NCBI GenBank assembly: GCA_963799775.1
Contig: CAWCYD010000003.1
Coordinates: forward strand, 608,001-672,000
Direction: 5' to 3'
DNA: 64,000 bases
Source: an uncultured archaeon
GTDB lineage: Archaea > Thermoproteota > Nitrososphaeria > Nitrososphaerales > Gagatemarchaeaceae
Each line of letters begins with the position of its first letter. Position 1 is the first letter of the stretch. Shown here one piece after another: positions 49,653-58,356 of the stretch. The notes under the pieces were generated by a model, which made no database searches, was not told the origin of the DNA, and was given only the letters and a program-made list of their open reading frames with translations. Made by a program: the position numbers and the translations under genes.

Positions 49653-49886
49653 ATGAATTCTCTGTTTCTGCACAGGCTGGTCAAGGCGGCGCCGTTCGCA
49701 ATGACCGTCTTCGGCGTTCTCTTAATGGCCCACGGGGTTCATGGAGTCGTCCACAACGGGGATCCGGGAGGCAATGGCGGACCCAACATCCACGCCATCT
49801 CCAACGGAGACCCCGGCGGCAACGGTGGGCCCAACCTTGGCAGGATTTCTAACGGCGATCCGGGCGGAAACGGTGGACCTAACTAG
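49653..49886 (+). CDS. Putative secreted peptide precursor with three NGDPGGNGGPN cores
   Basis: Basic/hydrophobic leader and three 16-aa units whose 11-aa cores differ only at synonymous positions. Confidence 0.8.
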   Translation: MNSLFLHRLVKAAPFAMTVFGVLLMAHGVHGVVHNGDPGGNGGPNIHAISNGDPGGNGGPNLGRISNGDPGGNGGPN

Positions 49887-50986
49887 GTCCACCGTTGGGC
49901 CTTTATTCTCATCTTCTGAGGGAGGATCTTCTCCAGAGCTGACTTGGGCTCGAAGAACCATCCTTTCTCGTCATCGTAGTTCTCGTAGGGGATCGTGTAC
50001 CAGAAGCTCGTGGACAGGTCGAGCGTCCAGGCCGTCCATGTGCCCACTTGCGCGCTGAGATGCTGTGACAGGAACCTCATGGATTCCATGAGCGACCCAG
50101 CTGGGACAGCGCAATGCACCTGGTAGTAACCGTCTTTCCGGCCGGCTTCGAACCAGGAGAACGGGAAGTTGTTGAACAAGGTCCTGAGCGCCTCTAGATT
50201 CTTCTTCGTCAGGTTGTTGAACTCGTAGACGAGCCCTGCTGAGGTGCCTACGTCCTTCTTCGAGTCCGGGAGCCAGTGGACGTAGCTGGAGAGGGCCGTC
50301 GGAGATACGTGCTTCGCGTAATGCCAGCGCAACGTCCGCTCATTGATGCGGAGCTTCCTCGCTATCTCTGCGATGTTACGCCAAGAGTCCAGCTCGAGCT
50401 CCTTTATGATCAGGGTGTCGGTCGAGTCGATCTCTGGCGATGCGCTTGGTTCTTCCGCGCCCGATATCGCTGGCGGCTTCTCCGTCTGTTTTGCAATCTC
50501 GTCCCAGTCTATGGACCAAGCCCCTCGGCTGAAATCATAGAATCTGCTCTTGATCTCCGGGTGTCGAGACCACTCCAGCCTTTCTATCCGGGCCTCTGTC
50601 AGCACGCCTTCATGCACGAGCCTGTCCATGAACTTTCGGAACTCGTCGGTGACGGCGACAGGGACTGCGAAGAACGAAAGATAGCGAAGGTCTGCCGGGC
50701 TCTTCACCCAATAGGTCAGGAATGCGGAGGAAGAGAGGCTGTCGAGGATTGCCGGAGCGGAGTTCCTGGATTCCTCCGTGAACTTCATCACGACGAAATA
50801 GCGCTCGAGCCCCATGTAGTCGTAGTTCACGGGCGTCCTGATGTCCAGGCCCAGGGTAGGAAACCTCTTCTTCACCGTGTATCTTACGGTCTCTACCGGC
50901 ATCCCGCTCATCCGTGAGAGGAGCGAGATGTTCTGGATCCCGACTCTGTCGATTGCCTCAATCAGCTTTGTGATGTCCCGAGTCAT
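49883..50986 (-). CDS. Two-HTH transcriptional regulator (Lrp/AsnC-like duplicated architecture)
   Basis: N-terminal NISLLSRMSGMPVETVRY and internal IDSTDTLIIKELE...IAEIARKLRINERTLRWHY. Confidence 0.75.
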   Translation of the reverse strand: MTRDITKLIEAIDRVGIQNISLLSRMSGMPVETVRYTVKKRFPTLGLDIRTPVNYDYMGLERYFVVMKFTEESRNSAPAILDSLSSSAFLTYWVKSPADLRYLSFFAVPVAVTDEFRKFMDRLVHEGVLTEARIERLEWSRHPEIKSRFYDFSRGAWSIDWDEIAKQTEKPPAISGAEEPSASPEIDSTDTLIIKELELDSWRNIAEIARKLRINERTLRWHYAKHVSPTALSSYVHWLPDSKKDVGTSAGLVYEFNNLTKKNLEALRTLFNNFPFSWFEAGRKDGYYQVHCAVPAGSLMESMRFLSQHLSAQVGTWTAWTLDLSTSFWYTIPYENYDDEKGWFFEPKSALEKILPQKMRIKAQRWT

Positions 50987-51082
50987 CTGTCAGGACAAGC
51001 GCCTCCGCCTAATCCCTAATAAAGATAATAGATTTTGCGAAAATATATGAGGTCCAGAATCCTGTGAATGGTCGAAGCCCCG

Positions 51083-51742
51083 CTAGACCATTTCGGGAGG
51101 CTTCCAGGTCACCTTGAGCTCGCACTTGACGCCATTGACGGCCTCGCAAGCGAGCTCGTACGCTGTCGCCTCGACCGCGAGAAGGGTTGAGACCATGCCT
51201 TCGATGTAGCCCCGCACATACCAGCACCTGGGCTCCTCGTCGACCGTATTTCTCACCATAGGGGAGTTGTGCATCGATATCCTCGCTTCGTTATGGAGCA
51301 AATCAATCTCTTCGATCTTGATCGCGCCCCAACCTAGTTTGTTGTAGGTGTGCGCGAGCTGCGCTGCCAACTGGTCGATGCCCACCTCGTCCGCAAGGTT
51401 CGCGAACTTCTTGCCTTCCGTCTTTCCCACGGTCTTTCCTGCGTTATACCAGATGACGAAGGCTCCAGTTCCAAGGACGGAGACTTCGCTCTCATAGACG
51501 CGCCGCAGCGCTTCGCCAGAGATCAGGACCCAGTCCTCCCCTGATGAGGCCCGAAGTTCTCCCCGGGAAGCGTCGAGAGAAGGCATCACGTCTTCGTCCT
51601 TGACGTGCGGTCTGCCCTCCACGGAGTGGAAGGAGCGCTCAGAGACAATATTCGCTTTCTTTCCATTTCGGAAATTCCCGGCCCGCATCTTTCTGCAATA
51701 GAACGAGAATCTGAATTCAGCATCCACACGAAACCAGCACAA
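51083..51742 (-). CDS. V4R-domain protein
   Basis: WYNAGK..G, LGWG, PRCWYVRGYIEG, ELAC...KC. True start probably near 51586-51606. Confidence 0.8.
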   Translation of the reverse strand: MCWFRVDAEFRFSFYCRKMRAGNFRNGKKANIVSERSFHSVEGRPHVKDEDVMPSLDASRGELRASSGEDWVLISGEALRRVYESEVSVLGTGAFVIWYNAGKTVGKTEGKKFANLADEVGIDQLAAQLAHTYNKLGWGAIKIEEIDLLHNEARISMHNSPMVRNTVDEEPRCWYVRGYIEGMVSTLLAVEATAYELACEAVNGVKCELKVTWKPPEMV

Positions 51743-52018
51743 TTACTTTATGCATTTGCTGACAGCGCTTAAATTCCTAAAGTGCTAACCGAAAAGCTGG
51801 GTCAGAGAACGAAGAAAGAGATCATCTCGGTCTCGAAAGACAACGTCAGTCTACGTTTGGTGATAACGAGGAAAGACGACGTCTCGACTCCACGCGGAGA
51901 CGCAGCAAACAAGACTGCCCCGAAGCTGCAGAAGCCCATAATCATTCAACGCAAGTAGCAACCTCGCCGCCGCACGCAACTTTCTCCTCAGCCAACCGGC
52001 TTTGTCTTCTGGCGTCGC

Positions 52019-52492
52019 TTGATGAGTTTTCACTCTCGTAAAGACTTATGTAGCCTGTTGCCGTTTGCATGGGATGTCGTGGAAGGGTCAGTTAATTCGG
52101 TATCAATCCTCGATATCGACTCGCTAGTCCGAAAGTATAGGAGAGGAATGGTCAACTCTCTCCTGGAGTACCTGATCCTGAACTCGCTCGAAAAGAGCAA
52201 GATGTGCGGCTACGACATTATCAAGCTGCTGCACGAGAGATTCCACACGTTGCTCAGCCCCGGACAGGTCTACCCGGTGATCGATCATCTTGCGAGGCAG
52301 GGCCTCATCGAGAAGGAGAAGGAAGGGAGGTCCGTGATGCTCTCCGCGTCCCACCTCGGACAGTCATTGCTAAAGGCGTGGAGAGAGGAACTGCGTAGCA
52401 TCCAGATGGAAGTAGACAATCTTGGCGTCCAAAAGCCAGGATTGGGTCGCGGGAGTGAAGCGCTTCGTCTCGATCCCATCCTCGCGAGTTAG
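52019..52492 (+). CDS. PadR-family regulator
   Basis: LEYLILNSL...CGYDIIK...LSPGQVYP. Confidence 0.85.
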   Translation: MMSFHSRKDLCSLLPFAWDVVEGSVNSVSILDIDSLVRKYRRGMVNSLLEYLILNSLEKSKMCGYDIIKLLHERFHTLLSPGQVYPVIDHLARQGLIEKEKEGRSVMLSASHLGQSLLKAWREELRSIQMEVDNLGVQKPGLGRGSEALRLDPILAS

Positions 52493-52559
52493 TGTTTTCA
52501 CAAGAATCTATACGTTTATTAGTGTATAATCCCTTCCAAATGATTACAGGGTGTGGTAG

Positions 52560-52901
52560 TTGCCAACGACTTGGGCCGTAGCCAGGTTCAGGACGAACAT
52601 CATTCGGGAAAACCTCCAGTTGATGGTCTTGAGTTATTTGAGACAGTCTGAGCTATCCGAATGGGAAATCCTCAACCTGCTTCACTCCCGACACAATGCG
52701 ACGCCAGGAGAGAGAGAATTCCGGAAGCTGGTCGACTCCCTAACTCAGGGAGGCTATGCAGAGTCAGAGCTGGTCTCGGGAGACCGGAAATTGCGTCTGA
52801 GCCGAAAGGGGATGGACCTGCAGAGAACGCTCGCGAAGGAGTACAAGGCCGTGATGGCAAGGTTGAACGCCTTCTCTGCAGCTGAGTTCGCGAGAGGGTA
52901 G
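52560..52901 (+). CDS. PadR-like winged-helix protein
   Basis: LQLMVLSYL...SEWEIL...L...GY...LSRKG. Confidence 0.65.
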   Translation: MPTTWAVARFRTNIIRENLQLMVLSYLRQSELSEWEILNLLHSRHNATPGEREFRKLVDSLTQGGYAESELVSGDRKLRLSRKGMDLQRTLAKEYKAVMARLNAFSAAEFARG

Positions 52902-52908
52902 CGGCCCC

Positions 52909-53278
52909 TCAGGCTATCTTGTAGCGGTTCGCTGCCTTCACGATAAGGAATATCACAAAAGCCACGATTATGAAAGTGAGGACTGCATTGGCGAAGTCTC
53001 CGATCCCGAACCCGTCGACCGCGTAAGTGTTGATGTTTGTGCCTTTCGGAAGGGCTAGACCGACAATCGGGAGGATCAGGTCGCTGACGAGGGCCTTGAC
53101 CACGCCTCCCAGGTATAGGCCCAGGATGAACGCGACGGCGAGGCCTATGGACCTTGTACTCGGCTAGGAAGGCCTTGAACTCTTGCGCCATTCCCTTTGG
53201 TTTCGGAGGGTCGGGAGGCTTCTTGAGTGCATCTGAGATCTTGCGGAGCTCGGCAAGGATCTCGTCATCTTTGTCCAA
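52909..53278 (-). CDS. mscL: Large-conductance mechanosensitive channel (frameshift near 53150)
   Basis: EFKAFLAEYKV, then GLAVAFILG..VVKALVSDLILP...IGDFANAVLTFIIVAFVIF. Confidence 0.88.
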
Positions 53279-53415
53279 TTGCTACAACGATTCGATTTGA
53301 GAACGGCATATATAACAAGTTCAGACAATCATAGTGAAAAATCTCGCGGGGCCGCTCAGGCCGTGAATGCCCTGCGGTCGCGACAAGCGGGAAGGACTAT
53401 CGCAGGCGACTTGCC

Positions 53416-53730
53416 TCAGCGCATTATTTCCATTCGGTGAGTCGGATAGATGAGGCCCTCTGCGTTGGAGTTAGGCTCCATGAAGACCGATTCGACCTCT
53501 TGGAAGCGTTTCAACAGGGTGAGGCCGTCGGAAGTCGGGGTGACGACCACTCCGGATGGGGTGTCCTTGCTCTCGAGTATGCCCTTCTTCTCGAGCGAGT
53601 CTAGAGCGTCGTTCAGGACTGTCCAGGCTAGGTTCGCCTTGTACATGATCCTCGTCCGCTTCATCTCTCTTTCCTCGGCGACTACCTTCATGATGTCCAT
53701 GAAGACTTCCAACTTCGACCTTCGAATCAT
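53416..53730 (-). CDS. Winged-helix regulator (HTH_45-like)
   Basis: RRSKLEVFMDIM...TRIMYKANL. Confidence 0.85.
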   Translation of the reverse strand: MIRRSKLEVFMDIMKVVAEEREMKRTRIMYKANLAWTVLNDALDSLEKKGILESKDTPSGVVVTPTSDGLTLLKRFQEVESVFMEPNSNAEGLIYPTHRMEIMR

Positions 53731-54118
53731 CTTAGGACGTGTTCCGGGAGCGTCTTAGATATCCTTGTTAGGCCTCACGCCAGAAATCGAGGACCGATAT
53801 TTATGGAAAATGACAGAAATCCACGCTTGGTTCAATCTCGTTCGGGAGGGGGACGACGCGCGGGGGGCTCAGGAGTGAATCGGCTAGGGGATCATGGACG
53901 GATTTTGGCGACTTTGATGAAAATCGCACTCTGCAGTCATTCTCGCGGCTGCTTTCCTGCCACACAGACGGTCTTGCAACGAGTTACGGCCCGAATATTA
54001 TGAATGTTGCACAAAAGGCAGGCGCTTTCGAGAATTGTCGGAAATCAAAACATAGAGCCAGAGCATAGATTCTTCATTCACTTTCCCTTTATAGATTAGC
54101 ACCGCTTCATTTCGCGTC

Positions 54119-54655
54119 TTGCAGGGTCTGTCCAAGAGGACGCTGGAGGGAGTCATAAGGACCGACCTCACATCTGCGAGGACTCTATACATGTCCGCCA
54201 ACTCTTGGCTTCAGATCGAAGACGACCTCTTCAGGACCTTCTCGACAGGCGCCTCGATGTTCTTGATCCACCTGGGGACATATTACGGCAAGTCGATTAC
54301 CAAGGAAGCGAAGCTCTCGTTCACAGACCCGCAAGGGATCTTGGACAGGCTCAAGGCCATGATGCTAATCGCTGGTTGGGGAGAGCTCTCGATTCGGTGG
54401 AGACAAGGCGATGAGAGGAACCTCGAGATGGAGTTGAAGAACTGCGTCTTCTGCTCAGAAGAGACGAAGGCCTTGTCTTGCTATTTCTTGCAGGGCGTGA
54501 TGGCGGGGGCGCTCTCGGAGACGTTCGGGCGGGAGTACAAGGTCTCTGAGACAGAGTGTTGCAGGAAGGGCGCGGACTCGTGCAAGCTCCACGCCACAGT
54601 GTCCGCAGTCCGAGAGACGGCAGGGATATTCTCTTCGTCCTCGGAGAGCAACTAG
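54119..54655 (+). CDS. V4R-domain protein
   Basis: AGWG, NCVFC, SCYFLQG, ETECCRKGADSC. Confidence 0.85.
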   Translation: MQGLSKRTLEGVIRTDLTSARTLYMSANSWLQIEDDLFRTFSTGASMFLIHLGTYYGKSITKEAKLSFTDPQGILDRLKAMMLIAGWGELSIRWRQGDERNLEMELKNCVFCSEETKALSCYFLQGVMAGALSETFGREYKVSETECCRKGADSCKLHATVSAVRETAGIFSSSSESN

Positions 54656-54938
54656 CGCGGCTCTGTCCAATCCACTGGACTTGGAGACATCGACTGGCCG
54701 GTTTCGCTCCGGTTCCATCGCTTCACACGCCTCCCGCTCCTCGCCGAGCCACAGCGAGACATCTTGTTATCTTAGAGTCCATCACCACAAAGGGCATCGG
54801 TGGACTCTTTGCTCTTCTGAGGTTACAGAGCATGACCCAGTTGCGTCATATTCGGGCCATCAATTTAAGCGCCCATGCGTCCAGCGAACTTGACAGCGGC
54901 ACAGTGCCAAGGGTCTCGGCAAGACCTTCCACACGCGG

Positions 54939-55514
54939 TCAGTAATGCTCGCTGAAACGGGGAAGCTCAAGAGCCATCATCAGTTCTTCGACCGTCCTAA
55001 CGCAATAGTGGATGCCCCTGCCTTTCTCGGCGATCTTTTCCATGAATGCTGAGGGCTTTAGAGAGAGTTCGACCGCATCAAGTCTTATCTCTGCCTTTGC
55101 GATTTGCTCGCACAGCGGAAGAGGGTCTGGCCCTTTGTTGCCTCCATCCCCTATGAGCTTTATGCGGCGGACCGCGGGACGCCGCATCCTGTCGATCGTG
55201 GCGACGCTCTGCATCAGGTTCTTTGCGTACGAAAGGGCGTCGCGGACAGGACTTCCTCCCGTCGGCGAGAGGTCGGCCAGGTTGGCGAGCTCCGCCCTCG
55301 TAGGTGTGACCATCAACGGCACAAGCTCCTGGATGTTGGTCTTGCCGATGACGCCTTTGAGGTTATAGGACGCGATCGCGACCTTGAGCGGCCATTCAGG
55401 ATAGAAATTAGGCCACGATTCCGAGCAGAACCTCCTCAAGGCCTCCTTGACGATATCAATCTTCGGATGGCCCTTGAGTTTCTCCTTCATGCTGTTTGAG
55501 GCGTCGACAAGCAA
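54939..55514 (-). CDS. Stand-alone vWA-domain protein
   Basis: MIDAS-like LVDASNSM, TGGSP, LIGDG. Confidence 0.8.
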   Translation of the reverse strand: MLVDASNSMKEKLKGHPKIDIVKEALRRFCSESWPNFYPEWPLKVAIASYNLKGVIGKTNIQELVPLMVTPTRAELANLADLSPTGGSPVRDALSYAKNLMQSVATIDRMRRPAVRRIKLIGDGGNKGPDPLPLCEQIAKAEIRLDAVELSLKPSAFMEKIAEKGRGIHYCVRTVEELMMALELPRFSEHY

Positions 55515-55635
55515 TACTCTGTATTCAGCGGTCCTCTCTACGGTGCTCGCAGCAGGTCATCTCCGCCTGCCGAGCATCCATTCGTCACGCTATATGCAAG
55601 ATGGAGATTAGTTCCACGCTGGACGGTCGCTGGCT

Positions 55636-56470
55636 CTACTTTGCCAGCATGCTGATGGTCAGGTCCCACGGCGTGAGTATCATCTTCCTGTCCTTCGTGA
55701 TAAGGCAACGGCCGTCCTCCGCGTTGATCCAGCTCAGAGCAGAGGCCGCGTCCAGTTCGGGGTCCACGAAGACGGGCTTGTGCAACATCGGGCCCATCGA
55801 CTTGATCGGGGAGTCAAGGATCTCTCCGGGAGAGTCACGCAGCCTCCCTAGGTTCACCGGCGAGAGGAGCCACTTGATGATGCCCCTGTCGGAGACCACG
55901 AGGCCCGATTCCTTGACGAAGAGGCGCCTGACGTGCTTGTCGAGCATGGTCTGAATGGTGTCCATGACGCTCAGGTTCTCGCTCACGCTGACCAGCGGGT
56001 TTGAAGCCTTGTCCCTCGCCCTCACGTTGGTTATCTTGGCAGTGTAGCCAGACTTGACCAGGAAGGAGGCTATGTCCAGGAGGCCGACTAGGTTGGTCGG
56101 GGCGCCGTTCGGCGCGACGACGATGGCGTAGCCCCAGCCCTGATTCATTATGCTCTTCACCACGGTCTGGACGTCGTCCTCAGGCTTGACCAGCAGGGCA
56201 CCTCATCTTCGAGTCGGCGATCCTCGTCTGGTAGAAGGTGGTCCACACCGTCTTTCGGTTGACCAAGCGGAGCACGTTGTAGCCGAGTATGATGCCCGTC
56301 GGGGCGCCTGCCTGGTCGACGGCCACCACGCCCTCGACATCGAGCTGCGAGAGGTGCAGGCCTGCCGATATGATCGGCTCGTTCTCGTTGATCTTGTATA
56401 GAGTGCACGGGGAGGCCTCGAGGATGGACTTTACGGAGGCACCTGAAATCGAGATGCTCTTCGAGGCCAA
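55636..56470 (-). CDS. CBS-domain protein (frameshift near 56195)
   Basis: CBS-like units such as LVSVSENLSVMDTIQTMLDKHVRRL spread over two ORFs. Confidence 0.75.
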
Positions 56471-56560
56471 CAGGTCAAATTTCGCACACTCAATATTTAT
56501 TCCTTAGGGATTTGGGCTCCTCGATATGGGCGATTAAATACTCTAGCATCCGATTAGAGC

Positions 56561-57800
56561 ATGTCTGTCGTTGCCATGCTCTCGGTTTGGCAGCCTCATG
56601 ATAACGGTGTCTTGACTGGAATTCTACGTGAATGCAGGATCCTGACATACAACGCAATCGAATATGCTGAAAACAACGGACTAAAGAGCAGGAAGCAGAT
56701 GAACGGGTTCTACCGGTCGATAAATAGTGTCAATCTACCATCCTGCTTCAAACTCGCAATAATTACGCGCGCCTGTTCTGTACTTAGGAGTAGGAGAAAG
56801 AGCGAAAACAAATCCGTCCAGGTGAAGTATCGAAAGCCTCTGAAGCTTATGGCCTGCATAACAGCTGGATTCTTCATTACCTCTAAGGGCAAGTTGTTCA
56901 TCTCGCTGGGTCATGATAAATTCGAGATGGTCCAACTCAACTGCTACGCCTTCGCCAAAGTCTCTGCGCCCAATATCAAAATGAGGAGCCTGACAATAAC
57001 AGAAGATAGGATTGGAATCTGCTACTCGAAACAGGTTGAAGCGATACATTGTCATCGAGTCTTCGGTGTCGATAGGAACGAGAAGAACCTCACTTTTGGC
57101 AATCGAGATGCATTCGAGACGATAGATCTGTCACAGATAGCGCGAGTGAATCAGACAACGAGAGAGATCCTGAGCTCCTTCAAAAGAAACGATGATAGAG
57201 TCAAGAGACGACTATTCGATAAGTACTGGGGACGGGCCAGTAGAAGAACGAATCAGGTGCTCCACGATGCGACTAACCGTATCGTTGAAAAAGCTAGATC
57301 TGAGGGTGCGGCGTTGGCCCTTGAGGACATCGCAGGAATCAACAAGATGTATCAGAAGGGCAACGGGCAAGGAAAAGACTATCGATTCAGGATGAATTCC
57401 TGGGCGCATGGAAAGACATGCAGGATGATCGATTACAAATCTGCCGACAAGGGCGTGACTGTTGTGAAGCTCACAAAAACAGAGACCAGAGGGTCTTCAT
57501 CGACTCATTTTGGGTGTGGGGAGAAGCTCCAAAGCCCAGCCAAGAGAGATCTGGTTCATCGGCGACACCTCTGGTGCAATAAATGCGAGCGTTGGGTTCA
57601 CCGCGACGTCAACGCGGTGTTCAATCTGGCTGACAGGGGGCTGTCCAGGCTTGCCAGTTCCCTGCCTCCTTCTGAGAAGATGGAGGTGAAAGGGCATGCA
57701 GGTGAAGCTATGAATGGGAATCCGACGACGATGGCAGTAATCCCAGGAGCAGATGCCATGCAAGTGGACTCTGGGTGCGAACCGAAGAGTTAACAGAGCC
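56561..57800 (+). mobile_element. tnpB: IS200/IS605-family TnpB-only element, tnpB ORF intact (56561-57793)
   Basis: RuvC motifs GVDRN, LALEDI, HRDVNA, zinc-finger-like HFGC..CNKC, visibly more AT-rich than flanks. Confidence 0.9.
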
Positions 57801-57827
57801 GGGATTTCGGACACTGAGCAGGCCCGA

Positions 57828-58250
57828 ATGGACCTTTCGCTCCTGATCCACCCCATTATCGCCGCCAGCGCCGTCCTCCTTGTCGCGACCACCTACCTTC
57901 TGAAATCTCGGAGAAAGCTCTACTTTCGGCTCCATTACGCGGCAGGGATTCTCGCCTTTTCGTTGTCGATGTTCGCCTTTCCCCTGGGCCTATACTTTGT
58001 GCTGAGCAGCGGTGGCGTCTCGCAGTTTCCCGAGGAGATACTCTTCCACACCGTGAACTTCTTCGCCGTGGTGGGCATGATAGTGATCCAGGGGGGATTG
58101 GGCATGGGGATGCTGCTCTTCGGCAGGAGAAGGGAGGCCTACAGGACGCACAAGCGGCTCGCGAAGTACGTGCTTGCAATCTTCTTACTTCAGGGAGCGC
58201 TAGGTCTGGCGACCCTATACGGCATATTGCCATTCGTATTTGGGTCCTGA
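57828..58250 (+). CDS. 4-TM protein with four His residues (cytochrome b561/DUF4079-like)
   Basis: IHP, RLHY, FHT and THK, one His per helix. Confidence 0.55.
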   Translation: MDLSLLIHPIIAASAVLLVATTYLLKSRRKLYFRLHYAAGILAFSLSMFAFPLGLYFVLSSGGVSQFPEEILFHTVNFFAVVGMIVIQGGLGMGMLLFGRRREAYRTHKRLAKYVLAIFLLQGALGLATLYGILPFVFGS

Positions 58251-58356
58251 GGGGAAATATGAGAAACCCCTGAGAAAGGTGGAAGCATGCTTCAGAGAGC
58301 TTATACCCAAGGGAGAAACGAATTCACATGCGGATAGTTCGCTTGGTGTGTGATAG

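Noticed and set aside
49755-49883. 48-nt periodic repeat as a mini CRISPR array
   Set aside because: Repeats vary at codon third positions, spacers are only 15 nt and there are no cas genes. It is a coding repeat.
37359-57793. TnpB genes as Cas12f CRISPR effectors
   Set aside because: No array or cas1/cas2/cas4 nearby, and the shared 3' ends fit IS-encoded omegaRNAs.
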